A stretch of 63,949 bases of DNA, the filler included, from a bacterium (lineage in GTDB: Bacteria > JAMORN01), in NCBI GenBank assembly GCA_027063545.1. It is 8 parts of 8 records of this genome, joined end to end, with 100 filler letters (N's around TTAATTAATTAA, not from the genome) between each part and the next. Parts side by side here need not be neighbours in the genome. Positions count along the whole stretch, not along the records: positions 48,581 to 56,533 come from JAMORN010000128.1; positions 56,634 to 63,949 come from JAMORN010000135.1; 6 more parts are not named here. One strand, written 5' to 3'. Shown piece by piece: positions 52,155 through 63,468 of this stretch. The position numbers and the translations under genes are program-made. The notes under the pieces were generated by a model, which ran no database searches, was not told the origin of the DNA, and worked only from the letters and a program-made list of their open reading frames with translations. Numbering within the stretch: the stretch's first letter is position 1; each line of letters starts with the position of its first letter.

Positions 52155-53105
52155 ATGCAAAAGGAAATAAAATACAATTTCAATTTTAATATCTTAATAA
52201 TAATAGTAATTGGACTGGTTATTCTTTTATTTTTTAGTGGATCATTTAAAATAATTGAAAGTGGGAATGTTGGGATAAAAATAACGTTAGGGAAATATTC
52301 ACCAAATGAATTATATCCGGGACTTCATATTAAAATACCCTTTATTCAACAAATAAAAGTAGTGGATGTAAAGTATCATACCATTAACTATAAAGGAACC
52401 TCAGCGACTTATAAAAATGTGACAAATAAATTCAATCAAAAAAAGGGGGTAATAGAACAGCCCATGATTCAGGTACTGGATCAAAGAGGTTTGCCTATAT
52501 ATGTAGAATTGACAATAAGATATAGGTTATATCCTGATAAAGCCTCTGAAACCTTACAGGAGTGGGGAATAAATTGGGAAGATAAGGCAATAAATCCTGT
52601 GGTAAGAGCGGCTGTGAGGGATGTTATTGGTAGATATCCAGCTGAAAAGATTCCAACTTTAAGACAGGAGATAGCTGTAGGGATTGAATCTTTAATCAGA
52701 AAAAAGATAGATGAAATTGAAGGAAAGCCAATAGAGGTAAAGGATGTTCTTTTAAGAAATATTCTTCTTCCTCCTAGTATTGCGAAAAAAATAGAAGAGG
52801 TTCAACAGGCGAAACAGGAAGCTCAGAGGATGAAGTATGAGGAAGAAAAGGCAAAAAAGGAACAGGAGATTCGTTTAATTAAGGCTGAAACAGAAAAACA
52901 GGAAAAGATAAAAGTGGCAGAAGGAATAAAAGAGGCTAATTTACTTATATCAAGTAGTATTACTCCTATGCTTATAAAATGGAAGCAACTAGATGTTCAA
53001 GCTAAAATGGCTGAAGCTATAAAAAACAATCCTAATGTTACTATATTTATGGGAACAGGAAATATGGGCTTTAATTTATGGACAAATCTTCCAAAAAAGA
53101 AATAA
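52155..53105 (+). CDS. SPFH/prohibitin family membrane protein
   Basis: N-terminal TM, PGLHIKIPFIQ, VRDVIGRY, LRNILLP, coiled coil. ATG52155 follows an AGGAG SD. Confidence 0.92.
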   Translation: MQKEIKYNFNFNILIIIVIGLVILLFFSGSFKIIESGNVGIKITLGKYSPNELYPGLHIKIPFIQQIKVVDVKYHTINYKGTSATYKNVTNKFNQKKGVIEQPMIQVLDQRGLPIYVELTIRYRLYPDKASETLQEWGINWEDKAINPVVRAAVRDVIGRYPAEKIPTLRQEIAVGIESLIRKKIDEIEGKPIEVKDVLLRNILLPPSIAKKIEEVQQAKQEAQRMKYEEEKAKKEQEIRLIKAETEKQEKIKVAEGIKEANLLISSSITPMLIKWKQLDVQAKMAEAIKNNPNVTIFMGTGNMGFNLWTNLPKKK

Positions 53106-53182
53106 AAATATAGTGTTTTGAAAATCATTTTTTTCTTTTTATTTTTTATCTAATAAAACATTTAAAAAAGGATTTATTATCT

Positions 53183-53497
53183 ATGAAAATAAGAATAGCA
53201 AGAATTAATATTTTTGATTCTATATTAACAGGAATCTTTCTTTTTATTATATTATATATAATTCTATTTACAGCACTTTTTTTTGTAATAAAGTATTCAG
53301 ATTTAGATAGCATAGATACTATATCTCTTTTTGTAAGTATAAGATATAGCTATTTAAAATTTTTGTTGGCAGGATCGCTTTTTTCAGGAATAATAGGAGG
53401 AATTTTATCTGCTCTTTTAACACTAATTTATAATACTATTTCTCCAATAATTAATGGGATAGTTATAGAAATAGAGGACATAGAAAAGGAACTGTAA
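53183..53497 (+). CDS. Small 2-TM hypothetical protein (DUF3566-like)
   Basis: Two hydrophobic helices and a LIYN...GIVIEI tail. Confidence 0.55.
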   Translation: MKIRIARINIFDSILTGIFLFIILYIILFTALFFVIKYSDLDSIDTISLFVSIRYSYLKFLLAGSLFSGIIGGILSALLTLIYNTISPIINGIVIEIEDIEKEL

Positions 53498-55309
53498 ATG
53501 GATTATCAAAAAAAGATAAGAAATTTTTCAATAATTGCTCATATTGATCATGGGAAATCTACCTTGGCAGATAGAATGATAGAAATTACAAAAACTATAT
53601 CAGAAAGGGAATTGGTTGATCAAGTGCTCGACTCTATGGATTTAGAAAGGGAAAGAGGGATAACAATAAAATCTCATCCAATTAGAATGGAATATAAGTC
53701 AAAGGATGGAGAAATCTATATTTTTAATTTAATAGATACTCCAGGACATGTTGATTTTTCTTATGAAGTTTCAAGATCATTGGCTGCTTGTGAGGGGGCA
53801 ATATTGGTTGTAGATGCTTCACAGGGAATTGAAGCACAAACATTTTCCACTCTTTATCAAGCTTTGGAAAATGATTTAGCTATTATACCAGTTTTGAATA
53901 AGATAGATTTACCATCAGCAAGAGTTGAAGAATTATCAGAAGAGTTATCTGATCTTTTAGGAGTTTTTCCTGAAGAGGTGATAAAGGTATCTGCTAAAAT
54001 GGGTATAGGAATTGAAGATTTAATGGAGGCTATAGTAAGAGAAATACCTGCCCCTGAGGGAGATGAAAATGCTCCTGTTAGAGCTTTAATCTTTGATAGT
54101 TTTTATGATAAATATAGAGGTGTGGTAGTTTATGTTAGAATGAAAGAGGGAACTTTAAAGATTGGTGATAAGATAAAATTTTTTGCTACAGGTAAGGAAT
54201 TTGAAATAGAAGAGCTTGGATATATAAAATTGGGTAGATATCCACAAAAACAATTAAAAGCAGGAGAGATTGGCTATATAATAGCTAATATTAAAGAGAT
54301 TAGAGATGCAAGGGTTGGGGATACTATAACAACTGTTGAAAACCCAGCTAAAGAACCTTTACCTGGTTATAAAGAAGTAAAACCAATGGTATATTGTGGA
54401 ATATTTCCTGCAGAAGGTTCAAATTACGAAGATTTAAAGGAAGCTTTAGAAAGGTTATCTTTAAATGATAGTAGTATTGTATATGAACCAGAAGTTTCTG
54501 ATGCTTTAGGACATGGATTTAGAGCAGGATTTTTAGGACTTCTTCACATGGAGATTGTTCAAGAGAGGCTCTATAGAGAGTTTGGAGTAAATATTATAAC
54601 AACCGTTCCTTCAGTAAAATATAAAGTAATAATGAAAGATGGGGAGGAAAGATTTATTAGCAATCCTTCTGAACTTCCTCAACCGGGTACATTTGAGAAA
54701 ATAGAAGAGCCATTTGTAAGGGGTATAATTATAACACCAAATAATTATATGAGCCCTATAATCAAGCTTGCTCAAGATAGAAGAGGTGAATATATAAGTA
54801 CTTCAACAATAGATGTTAATACTGTTGAACTGACATTTGAATTTCCACTAGGGGAAATAATTTTAGATTTTTTTGATAAACTAAAATCTGTTTCTAGTGG
54901 ATATGCTTCTATGGATTATGAATTTATTGGTTATAGAGAGGGAGATTTAGTTAAGTTAGATATACTTATTAATGGCCAAAAGGTAGATGCTTTTTCTGTT
55001 ATTATTCATAGAAAAAGGGCTTACTATATGGCAAGGGCTATAGTTGATAAATTAAAAGAAGTAATTCCAAGACAGCTATTTGAGGTTGTAATTCAAGCAG
55101 CAATAGGAAATAAGATAATAGCTCGTTCGTCAATAAAACCTATGAGGAAGGATGTATTGGCAAAATGTTACGGTGGAGATGTAACAAGAAAGAAGAAGCT
55201 TTTAGAAAAGCAAAAAGAAGGGAAAAAAAGAATGAAGATGATAGGTAAGGTTGAGGTTCCTCAAGAGGCTTTTTTAGCTGTATTAAAAATTGATCAGGTT
55301 GGAGGATAG
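53498..55309 (+). CDS. lepA: Elongation factor 4
   Basis: [42 protein letters not shown]. Confidence 0.98.
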   Translation: MDYQKKIRNFSIIAHIDHGKSTLADRMIEITKTISERELVDQVLDSMDLERERGITIKSHPIRMEYKSKDGEIYIFNLIDTPGHVDFSYEVSRSLAACEGAILVVDASQGIEAQTFSTLYQALENDLAIIPVLNKIDLPSARVEELSEELSDLLGVFPEEVIKVSAKMGIGIEDLMEAIVREIPAPEGDENAPVRALIFDSFYDKYRGVVVYVRMKEGTLKIGDKIKFFATGKEFEIEELGYIKLGRYPQKQLKAGEIGYIIANIKEIRDARVGDTITTVENPAKEPLPGYKEVKPMVYCGIFPAEGSNYEDLKEALERLSLNDSSIVYEPEVSDALGHGFRAGFLGLLHMEIVQERLYREFGVNIITTVPSVKYKVIMKDGEERFISNPSELPQPGTFEKIEEPFVRGIIITPNNYMSPIIKLAQDRRGEYISTSTIDVNTVELTFEFPLGEIILDFFDKLKSVSSGYASMDYEFIGYREGDLVKLDILINGQKVDAFSVIIHRKRAYYMARAIVDKLKEVIPRQLFEVVIQAAIGNKIIARSSIKPMRKDVLAKCYGGDVTRKKKLLEKQKEGKKRMKMIGKVEVPQEAFLAVLKIDQVGG

Positions 55310-55315
55310 AAAAAT

Positions 55316-56269
55316 ATGAAATTTAAAAATAAGACTATAGAGAGTATATACAACAATCTTGAGGCTGTGGTGGTTGCTTTTATACTGGCAATGATAATAA
55401 GACAGTTTATTATAGCTGCTTATAAAATCCCAACAGGATCTATGGAAAATACTCTTTTAGTAGGAGATTTTTTACTAGGTACTAAATTTATATGGGGAGC
55501 TAAAGTTCCTTTTGTTAATTATAAATTACCTGCTTTTAGTCATGTAAAAAGAGGTGATATAGTTATTTTTAAATCTCCATTTCCGCCATATTTGGAATTT
55601 GTTAAAAGAGCTGTGGCAGTTTCAGGAGATACAGTTTATTATCATGAAAAAAAACTATATATAAATGGAAAATTTGTTCCTTTACCACCAGAAGGAAAGA
55701 ATGTAGATCCTTTTTATAGACCAATAAGAGATGAGTTTGGACCTTTTGTTGTTCCAAAAATAGGAGATGTAATAAAATATGATAGTTTAAATCCAAGATC
55801 TTTTGAGTTTTTTAAAAATCTTTACTGGCAGCACTATCCAGACCATAATTTATATGTAAAAAGAACATTTGTTATAGATGGGAAAGAAACAGATTCCTAT
55901 ATTTATAAATCTGTTAATTTACCACCTTTAGAGATTAATAGTATAAATTTTGATACTCTTCAATGGTATTTTATTGAGGATATATTAAAATATTTAAGAG
56001 AAGATAAAGGTGATAGTTCTATATATATAAAACAAGTCTTATATGATAATGGAGTAAAGGTAGATAGTCTTGTTGTAAAGTATAGATGTTATTTTATGAT
56101 GGGTGATAATAGAGATTTATCTCAAGATTCTAGGTTTTGGGGAGTTTTGGCAGATAATATGGTTCTAGCTAAACCTTTAATAATTTATTTTTCTTTTGAT
56201 GGAGAAAGTGTGAATAAAAGTTTTTTTGAAAGAATAAGATGGGGAAGAATAGGTAGATTTATAAACTAA
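55316..56269 (+). CDS. lepB: Signal peptidase I
   Basis: IPTGSME, FVKR, MMGDNRDLSQDSRFWG; follows lepA. Confidence 0.95.
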   Translation: MKFKNKTIESIYNNLEAVVVAFILAMIIRQFIIAAYKIPTGSMENTLLVGDFLLGTKFIWGAKVPFVNYKLPAFSHVKRGDIVIFKSPFPPYLEFVKRAVAVSGDTVYYHEKKLYINGKFVPLPPEGKNVDPFYRPIRDEFGPFVVPKIGDVIKYDSLNPRSFEFFKNLYWQHYPDHNLYVKRTFVIDGKETDSYIYKSVNLPPLEINSINFDTLQWYFIEDILKYLREDKGDSSIYIKQVLYDNGVKVDSLVVKYRCYFMMGDNRDLSQDSRFWGVLADNMVLAKPLIIYFSFDGESVNKSFFERIRWGRIGRFIN

Positions 56270-56287
56270 AATATTAGGAGATACTTT

Positions 56288-56533
56288 ATGTATAATGTAC
56301 CTGATGAAAAAGGTCATTTTGGAGAATTTGGCGGACGATATGTGTCAGAAACTTTAATGAAAAATTTAGAAAACTTGGAAAAAGAATATAAAAAGGTTAT
56401 AGAGGATGAGTCATTTATAGAAGAGTTAAAGTATTATTATAGAGAGTATATTGGAAGGCCCAATCCTTTATACTATGCAGAGAGACTTTCAAAATATCTT
56501 GGATTTAAAGTTTATTTAAAGAGAGAGGATTTA
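56288..56533 (+). CDS. trpB: Tryptophan synthase beta chain, 3'-truncated
   Basis: [30 protein letters not shown]. Confidence 0.93.
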
Positions 56534-56633
56534 NNNNNNNNNNNNNNNNNNNNNNNNNNNNNNNNNNNNNNNNNNNNTTAATTAATTAANNNNNNNNNNN
56601 NNNNNNNNNNNNNNNNNNNNNNNNNNNNNNNNN
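56534..56633. other. Artificial contig linker
   Basis: N44-TTAATTAATTAA-N44. Confidence 0.97.
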
Positions 56634-57389
56634 TGCTCCTGCAACAATTCCTTCATCAATTGCCTTTACTAAATCTTCTTCATTAACTATCCCACCTCTT
56701 GCACAATTAATTATATATACACCTTTTTTACATTTTTTTAAAACATCATAATTAATTAAATTTCTTGTTTGATCATTTAAAGGGGTATGTACAGTTATAT
56801 AATCTGCTTTAGGCCATATTTCATCTAATGATAAAAGTTCTATCTCTAAACTTTGAGCTAACTCTTGAGAGATATATGGATCATAACCTATTATCTTCAT
56901 TCCAAAAGCTTTAGCTCTTTGTGCTACCACTTTCCCTACATTTCCAAGACCAATAACTGCTAAAGTTTTTCCATACAATTCCCTACCTGCATATTTCTTT
57001 CTATCCCATCTACCTTCTATTAAAGACATATGAGCTTGTGGAATATTTCTAGAAACAGCCATAATCATTGCCATTGTATGTTCAGCTGTAGAAATTGTAT
57101 TACCTCCTGGAGTATTCATTACAATAATACCCTTTAAAGTAGCAGCTTGTATATCTATGTTATCAACACCTGCGCCTGCCCTTCCTATAACCTTTAATTT
57201 TTCAGCTCTTTCAATTACTTCTTTAGTTACTTTTGTTCTACTTCTTACAACCAAACCATCATAATTTTTTATTACTTCTAAAAGCTCTTCAGGTGTTATC
57301 TCTGGATTATAATCTACTTCTATTCCTGCTTTTTCAAATATCTCTATCGCAGTCTTATCTACTTTATCTGAAATTAATACCTTAATCAT
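56634..57389 (-). CDS. serA: D-3-phosphoglycerate dehydrogenase, 3'-truncated
   Basis: VRSRTKV, GRAGAGVDNID, NTISTAEHT, GLGNVG, INCARGG. Confidence 0.93.
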
Positions 57390-57413
57390 TTTTAGCCTCC
57401 TATTTTAATAAAA

Positions 57414-58553
57414 TTAATTATCTACAGTTAAAACTTCTAAAGCTGCCTTTGTTGCTTCACCTAATTTATTACCAAAACCAAGGTTATACATAACAGCTTC
57501 TAAAGCTGCAACTACAGAGATGATATCTACATCATCAATATATCCCAAATGAGAAATTCTTATAATTTTTCCTTTAAGATGCTCTTGCCCACCTGTTATT
57601 CTTATACCAAAATCATCCATCATCTTATTTATAACATTAGAAGCACCTATTTCTTCTGGTATATTTATAGCCGTTACTACATTAGATGGACTCTTAGAGA
57701 ATAATTCTAATCCTATAGCCTTAACTGCAGCTCTTGTTGCATCTCCATGTTTCTGATGCTTTTTCCATATATTTTCCATACCAATTTCCATAATTATATC
57801 TAAAGCCTTGTTTAATCCTACTATTAAAGAAACTCCTGTTGTATATGGAGTCTGCCCTTTTGCTAAAGTTTTTTTAGCTTTAACCCAATCAAAATAATAA
57901 ACTGGAAGATCCTTTTTTTCTATTTTCGCCCAAGCTTTATTACTTATAGCAGCAAATGCTAGTCCTGGTGGTAACATTAATCCTTTTTGAGATCCTGTTA
58001 CTACCACATCTATTCCCCAATCATCAAAATATAACTCATGGCTTCCTATACTTGTAATTCCATCTACTACTAATAAAGTATCTGTATCCTTTGTTAACTC
58101 TGCAACTGCCTTTACATCATTAACTGTTCCTGTAGATGTTTCACTATGAGTCATGAATACAACATCATAATGAGTCTTCTTTAAATAATCTGCCACTAAA
58201 TTTACATCAACAGGATGTCCCCATTCTACGTGAATAACATCATGATCTATATTCCAAGCTTTACAAATCTCTGCCCATCTTTGTCCAAATTTTCCACCTT
58301 CAATAACAAGTACTTTATCGCCTGAATGAACAGTATTAACAACAGCACCTTCCATTGCACCTGTTCCACTAGAAAGAAATGTGAGAACTGGATTTTTTGT
58401 AAAAAAGAGTTTTTTGAGCTTTTCGTTTACTGCTTCAAAGATTTCAACGAACTCTGGAGCTCTGTGATGTTTTACAGGCTCAGCCATTTCGAGTAATACT
58501 TCTTCTGGAACCATTGTAGGTCCAGGTGTAAATAATCTCTTCTTTTTTAACAT
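57414..58553 (-). CDS. Class V PLP aminotransferase (AGT/serine-pyruvate type, likely acting as SerC)
   Basis: LFTPGPT, SSGTGAME, HSETSTG, TGSQKGLMLPPG, RISHLG; upstream of serA. Confidence 0.9.
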   Translation of the reverse strand: MLKKKRLFTPGPTMVPEEVLLEMAEPVKHHRAPEFVEIFEAVNEKLKKLFFTKNPVLTFLSSGTGAMEGAVVNTVHSGDKVLVIEGGKFGQRWAEICKAWNIDHDVIHVEWGHPVDVNLVADYLKKTHYDVVFMTHSETSTGTVNDVKAVAELTKDTDTLLVVDGITSIGSHELYFDDWGIDVVVTGSQKGLMLPPGLAFAAISNKAWAKIEKKDLPVYYFDWVKAKKTLAKGQTPYTTGVSLIVGLNKALDIIMEIGMENIWKKHQKHGDATRAAVKAIGLELFSKSPSNVVTAINIPEEIGASNVINKMMDDFGIRITGGQEHLKGKIIRISHLGYIDDVDIISVVAALEAVMYNLGFGNKLGEATKAALEVLTVDN

Positions 58554-58701
58554 ATCTTTTACCTCCTGTTAAAGACCTATATTGTTTTTTTTTGTTTTAT
58601 GTTATACAGTATATATATAAAATAAGTTTTATTTGTCCAAAAATCAAATTTTTAAAATGAAATATTTCACAAATACTTATTCCTACTGATAACTAAAGAA
58701 A

Positions 58702-59301
58702 TTAAAGAGAAAAAATTTTTTTCAATAGAAAATGTAATTTTTGTTTTCCTCCAAACATGGTGGGAGTTTTAGACGAATATAAAATAATTTTATCCTCTGA
58801 AATACCTAATAAATCCTCTAAATCTTTTATAATTTTTGGGACTTCAGATTTTTTCAATTTATCAGCTTTTGTTAGTATTATATAGGTATCTAACATATAT
58901 TGTTGTAAATAATCTAAAAGAGCTCTATCACTTGTGTTTAAGTAATTATTTGCATCCATTAACCACCATAAAGCTATAATATTCTCAGAATTACTTAAAT
59001 AAAAATCTACCAATTTTACCCAATTATCTTTTACTTTTTTAGGTACTTTAGCAAACCCATAACCTGGTAAATCTACTATATAATTATTTTTATTATATTT
59101 ATAAAAATTTATACTTTGAGTCTTTCCGGGTGTTTTAGAAACCTTTGCAAGCTTGGTATTAAACAAAGAATTTATTAAAGAACTTTTTCCAACATTAGAC
59201 CTTCCCAATAATGGTAATTCAAAGCCTTTTCCCTTTCTTGCTAGAAATTCTTCTAAACATTTAATATTATAACATGTACTTTCTAATATAATATTAGACA
59301 T
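58702..59301 (-). CDS. yihA: Ribosome biogenesis GTPase YihA/YsxC
   Basis: GRSNVGKSS, SKTPGKT, DLPGYGFA, TKAD. Confidence 0.95.
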   Translation of the reverse strand: MSNIILESTCYNIKCLEEFLARKGKGFELPLLGRSNVGKSSLINSLFNTKLAKVSKTPGKTQSINFYKYNKNNYIVDLPGYGFAKVPKKVKDNWVKLVDFYLSNSENIIALWWLMDANNYLNTSDRALLDYLQQYMLDTYIILTKADKLKKSEVPKIIKDLEDLLGISEDKIILYSSKTPTMFGGKQKLHFLLKKIFSL

Positions 59302-59311
59302 AATTATTTTA

Positions 59312-60952
59312 CTATTGTTGAGTTATAATTCCCTCTGGAGAGTTAAGGAATACTGTTGTCTGCGTTATTACATCTTTATTATGTAATTTTCTATCGTAAA
59401 ATACAATTATTACGTTAGGATACATTTTACTTTTAATTGTTATTGTCCCGGTTTCTTTTAATAATTTATCTCTTTTATCTTTCAATTCCTTTAGCTCTTT
59501 TGTTAATTTTTCTATTTTTTCTTTTACTAAATTGTATTCTTTAATTCTATTTTCTACATTAGCCTTTATCTCATTAGAAATTGTCTTTCTTATTTGTAGT
59601 CTCTTCTTTAAATTCAATAAACTTTTAGCAATATTATCCAATAATTTGTCTAATTCTTCTTTTTGTTTTTCCTTTTTTTCTATTTTTTGTTTTAATTCCA
59701 CAACCTCTTCATCGTATATCTTTAAATATGTCTCTGTATAACTTTCAGAGCCAGCCTCTTCTACTATAATATCCCTTTTACTTTCAATCTCACCACCTAC
59801 TATTGTCTTTACAATAGCCTTATTTTTTACCTTAATTACAGAATCATAACTATACTTTAAAATTTCTACGTCCTTTGCTTCTATTTCAACTTGACCTTGT
59901 ATCATACTAACAGTAACCTTCCCCTCTAATGCTTTTATCTTCGCTTTTCCAAAAGCTCCTCCCTTAATTTCTATATTCCCCTTTAATGCAATTATATCAG
60001 CCCCATCTACATCACCCTCTATAGAAATATTACCCTCTTCACTTTCAACAGTAAATCCTGGTAAAACATTCTGTTTTATATAAACATCTCCTTTATAGTG
60101 TATATTTCCTATTTCATAGTTCAATGAAGAATTAACAAGAAAAACATCGCCTACATTTATTCCTAATTCTGATATATATACAAAACCATCTATTTTTGCA
60201 CATAATTTTAAGCCATCCTCTGTTATATAAGTATTTTTTCCTGCAGGAAGAGGTACATCTTTCCCTGGAACAGCAGGAACAGGATTGCCATATATATCCT
60301 CACCCGGAGTTCCTTCTGTAGGTGGAATTTTTTCTACTAATACTTGATCTTTCTTTACTGTTATTACTGTATCTAATTCTCTATAATCTATCTTCCCATC
60401 CTCTCTTTCTTTAGGCTTTCCTATCTTAGATAAATCAATCTTATAAACTAATTGTGCATCCCTTCCATTTATAGGAGGTATACCTTCTGCTACAACAATT
60501 GGCTTCATATATTTTTTCTTAGCTATTACCTCCTGAATTACCTCCCTTTTTATATATTTTCTTTTTATCCCTTTTTTAAATAATTTAAACATTATATCAT
60601 ATTCGGTTATCTCATCATCTAATTCATCAAAAGGTAATAATGTTAAAGTTGCTTTCATCTTTGATTCTATATTTATAATAATATAATTATCCTTGGCAAC
60701 ATTATATTTTCTTAAAATAGGCCCTATTTCCTCAGGTTTACCCGTAGCCCTTTCAACAACCCCTGCAATTTTATCTATATCGAAATTGGAAATATTTCTA
60801 TCTACTAAAAATTGAACAAACTCATCTATATTAAATTTTTTATGAATTTCTGGAGTTATTGTCAAATATTGTTTATTCCCCTTTATTTGTAATTTTAATT
60901 TAGAATAATCCATTTGATTCTGCTGCTTTTGTTTTTTCTCTTTTTCAACCAT
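59312..60952 (-). CDS. FapA/DUF342 family protein
   Basis: VAEGIPPINGRD, DGKIDYREL, IPPTEGTPG, GNIHYKGDV, coiled coil, MYPNV. Confidence 0.87.
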   Translation of the reverse strand: MVEKEKKQKQQNQMDYSKLKLQIKGNKQYLTITPEIHKKFNIDEFVQFLVDRNISNFDIDKIAGVVERATGKPEEIGPILRKYNVAKDNYIIINIESKMKATLTLLPFDELDDEITEYDIMFKLFKKGIKRKYIKREVIQEVIAKKKYMKPIVVAEGIPPINGRDAQLVYKIDLSKIGKPKEREDGKIDYRELDTVITVKKDQVLVEKIPPTEGTPGEDIYGNPVPAVPGKDVPLPAGKNTYITEDGLKLCAKIDGFVYISELGINVGDVFLVNSSLNYEIGNIHYKGDVYIKQNVLPGFTVESEEGNISIEGDVDGADIIALKGNIEIKGGAFGKAKIKALEGKVTVSMIQGQVEIEAKDVEILKYSYDSVIKVKNKAIVKTIVGGEIESKRDIIVEEAGSESYTETYLKIYDEEVVELKQKIEKKEKQKEELDKLLDNIAKSLLNLKKRLQIRKTISNEIKANVENRIKEYNLVKEKIEKLTKELKELKDKRDKLLKETGTITIKSKMYPNVIIVFYDRKLHNKDVITQTTVFLNSPEGIITQQ

Positions 60953-60997
60953 AGAAACCCACTTGTTTTTAGATTTATTCTCTTTAATTTAAAAAAA

Positions 60998-61759
60998 TTA
61001 AAAATTTATAAGCAAAAGTCTATCACTTTCTATCCATCCACTTATTTTTTTATTATAGTTTATAAATAAAAATTTTCCATTTCTTTTTAAAATTCTTACT
61101 TTGTATCCTTTATATATATTGGAGACATACTTCCCATTAAATGGTTCTGAGTATAAAGATGTATCTTCTTTTACTATAGCATATTTGAAATTTTTATAAA
61201 AGTAGAGATATATTATAGTATATATTAAAAAAGAGAATAGATAAATAATGGTAATCGTATACACTATTTTATAAATAGACTTTTTTTTCGATTTAAAAAA
61301 TCTTAAAATTAGAGTAACTAATATAAAAATAAATAGTAAAATTATAATTGAATTATATACTTTTATGTTAAAAATTTTAATATAGAAATAGAAATAATCA
61401 TTCAAATCCCGCTGATCTCCAATCTTTGATTTCACGAAAGCTATATTTGTTATTATATCATTATCATAAGGATTTATCAAAAATGCTTTTTCTAAAAAAT
61501 AAATACTAGAAACATAATCATTTTCCTTATAATATGTATTTGCCATATTATAATACAATTTATAACTATATTTCCCTGAAGCTGATAAAATGGAATCAAC
61601 TTTAGAGTAATATACTAATGCACTATCATATTTGGCATTGTCATAATATTTATTTGCCTGTTTAAATAATAAATTAATTTCTTCTTCGGTGAAAGATAAA
61701 CTATAAAAGTTAACCAAAAATACTATTATAATACCTAATATTTTTATAACTCTTTCCAT
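60998..61759 (-). CDS. BatE-like TPR/SH3 membrane protein
   Basis: FKQANKYY, YYNMANTYYK TPR, two TM helices, SH3-like GWI tail; follows BatD. Confidence 0.8.
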   Translation of the reverse strand: MERVIKILGIIIVFLVNFYSLSFTEEEINLLFKQANKYYDNAKYDSALVYYSKVDSILSASGKYSYKLYYNMANTYYKENDYVSSIYFLEKAFLINPYDNDIITNIAFVKSKIGDQRDLNDYFYFYIKIFNIKVYNSIIILLFIFILVTLILRFFKSKKKSIYKIVYTITIIYLFSFLIYTIIYLYFYKNFKYAIVKEDTSLYSEPFNGKYVSNIYKGYKVRILKRNGKFLFINYNKKISGWIESDRLLLINF

Positions 61760-63468
61760 TTCTTACTAGAAACAATTTTATTAAACATTTTCTCTATATC
61801 TTTATAAGATTTAAAAATATCATCAATATTCTCACCTATATATTTAGCTTTATTCAACTCTTCTATAAAAGATAAAATATAACTTAGCTCTACAAAATTT
61901 ACCTTCTCTGCCTTTTCTCTTAAAATATCTATTGGAATATTTCTCTTTCCTATTTTTTTATATACTATTTCATATAATATTTTTTCTATATCTGATAGAT
62001 TTTTATCTATTAATGCCTTTTTTAATCTTAATGTATAAGAACCTAATAGCTTATTTTTATAATACAGTACTATCATATAAAAAATATCATAAAAATTCAG
62101 CATTAACAAAAGAAGCAGGAAAAATATAATTTTTCTATTACTTAAATATAAGTACTCTATATCAATATCACCTTTTTTTATATATTGTAAGTAATTATCT
62201 TTATTGTTCAAAAAAACCTTTCTTTTTTTAGAATAAGTGATAGTGGTTAATGCTTTATTACTATCATTATCTGAGGCAGACTTAACTACTATATTAAAAC
62301 TTTTTGTTTTTAAAGTGTCTATCTTTTCTTTTTGTGTATTATAATATAAAAATGATAAAGAAGGAATTTTTATTTTTCCTATATATTTAGGAATAAGAAG
62401 ATACTTAAAAGTCACAATAGACTTTAATCTCCCATTTTCTTCTATAGTACTATAATCTACCTCTGGCGGAAAAACTTGAAAATTATCATCCTGCAACTCT
62501 TGTTTTTTTAATAGTCTAATATTACCATAACCAGAAATCTTTATTGTTAAAGTTAAACCTTCACCCAAATTTACTTCATGTTTATCTATATTTGATGATA
62601 TAGTATAAACTCCAACAGGTAATTCTTCCTTTAAACTTTTTACATATACTTTTATTTTATTTGACCTTGCTACCCTATTAATATCACCTATCCATAAATT
62701 ATTCACTAACTGGGCATATCTTATAAATAAAGGGCCTATATAGACTGTTGTATCTTTTATGGGGTATAAGATATACTTTAAAGTATAAATTGTATACATA
62801 TATCCATTAATATCTACTTTCTTTTTTGTTTTTTCAATATCTTTGTTATCTTTAAACAAAGGCTTAACTAAAAATACTTTTTTTAAATTATACTCTAAAG
62901 AATCTAAATTTCCTAAATCTATTCTGGTTATTGTAATATCATTTCTAGGACCAAATTTAATTGTTAATTCTGCATACTCGCCAACATATAATTTCTTTTT
63001 ATCTAAAGAGATGTGAAAATAAAACGTTGGGGTTTTTGTTATATTTTGATTATTCCCCTTTACAATTACATCTATATCCTTAAATTTATATCTTTTACCT
63101 TTATATATAAAACTAGGTCCTTTTAAATGTACTACACCTGTATCTAGGAAAATTATTGAAATATAATAAGTTAAGCTAATGTTACGCTGAGTTTGTTTTT
63201 TCCCATTTATAACTACTATACTATAACTTTTAGATATACTAGGTTCTATGCTCAATACTCTATAGTAGTTAGTTGAAGGTAAATTAAACTCTTCTATCTT
63301 TTCTGGATCAAAATCTCCCTTTATTTCTGCCTGTAAAATAAAAGGCTCACTTTTTTTTATTATTCGTTTATTATAATATAATTCATATGAAAAAAAATCA
63401 GCTTTTATTAATGTATAATTAAAAAATAATAAAAAAATTAATAAATTGACAAATAACCTTTTTACCAT
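61744..63468 (-). CDS. BatD family protein
   Basis: Signal peptide; VINGK, LYVGE, PVG, ISGYGNI, FKYLLIP, FLYYN motifs; C-terminal TM. Confidence 0.82.
   Translation of the reverse strand: MVKRLFVNLLIFLLFFNYTLIKADFFSYELYYNKRIIKKSEPFILQAEIKGDFDPEKIEEFNLPSTNYYRVLSIEPSISKSYSIVVINGKKQTQRNISLTYYISIIFLDTGVVHLKGPSFIYKGKRYKFKDIDVIVKGNNQNITKTPTFYFHISLDKKKLYVGEYAELTIKFGPRNDITITRIDLGNLDSLEYNLKKVFLVKPLFKDNKDIEKTKKKVDINGYMYTIYTLKYILYPIKDTTVYIGPLFIRYAQLVNNLWIGDINRVARSNKIKVYVKSLKEELPVGVYTISSNIDKHEVNLGEGLTLTIKISGYGNIRLLKKQELQDDNFQVFPPEVDYSTIEENGRLKSIVTFKYLLIPKYIGKIKIPSLSFLYYNTQKEKIDTLKTKSFNIVVKSASDNDSNKALTTITYSKKRKVFLNNKDNYLQYIKKGDIDIEYLYLSNRKIIFFLLLLLMLNFYDIFYMIVLYYKNKLLGSYTLRLKKALIDKNLSDIEKILYEIVYKKIGKRNIPIDILREKAEKVNFVELSYILSFIEELNKAKYIGENIDDIFKSYKDIEKMFNKIVSSKKWKEL

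Noticed and set aside
8301-56633. Recurring TTAATTAATTAA flanked by Ns as a biological repeat; gene adjacency across these sites
   Set aside because: Identical artificial linkers. Synteny across them carries no meaning.
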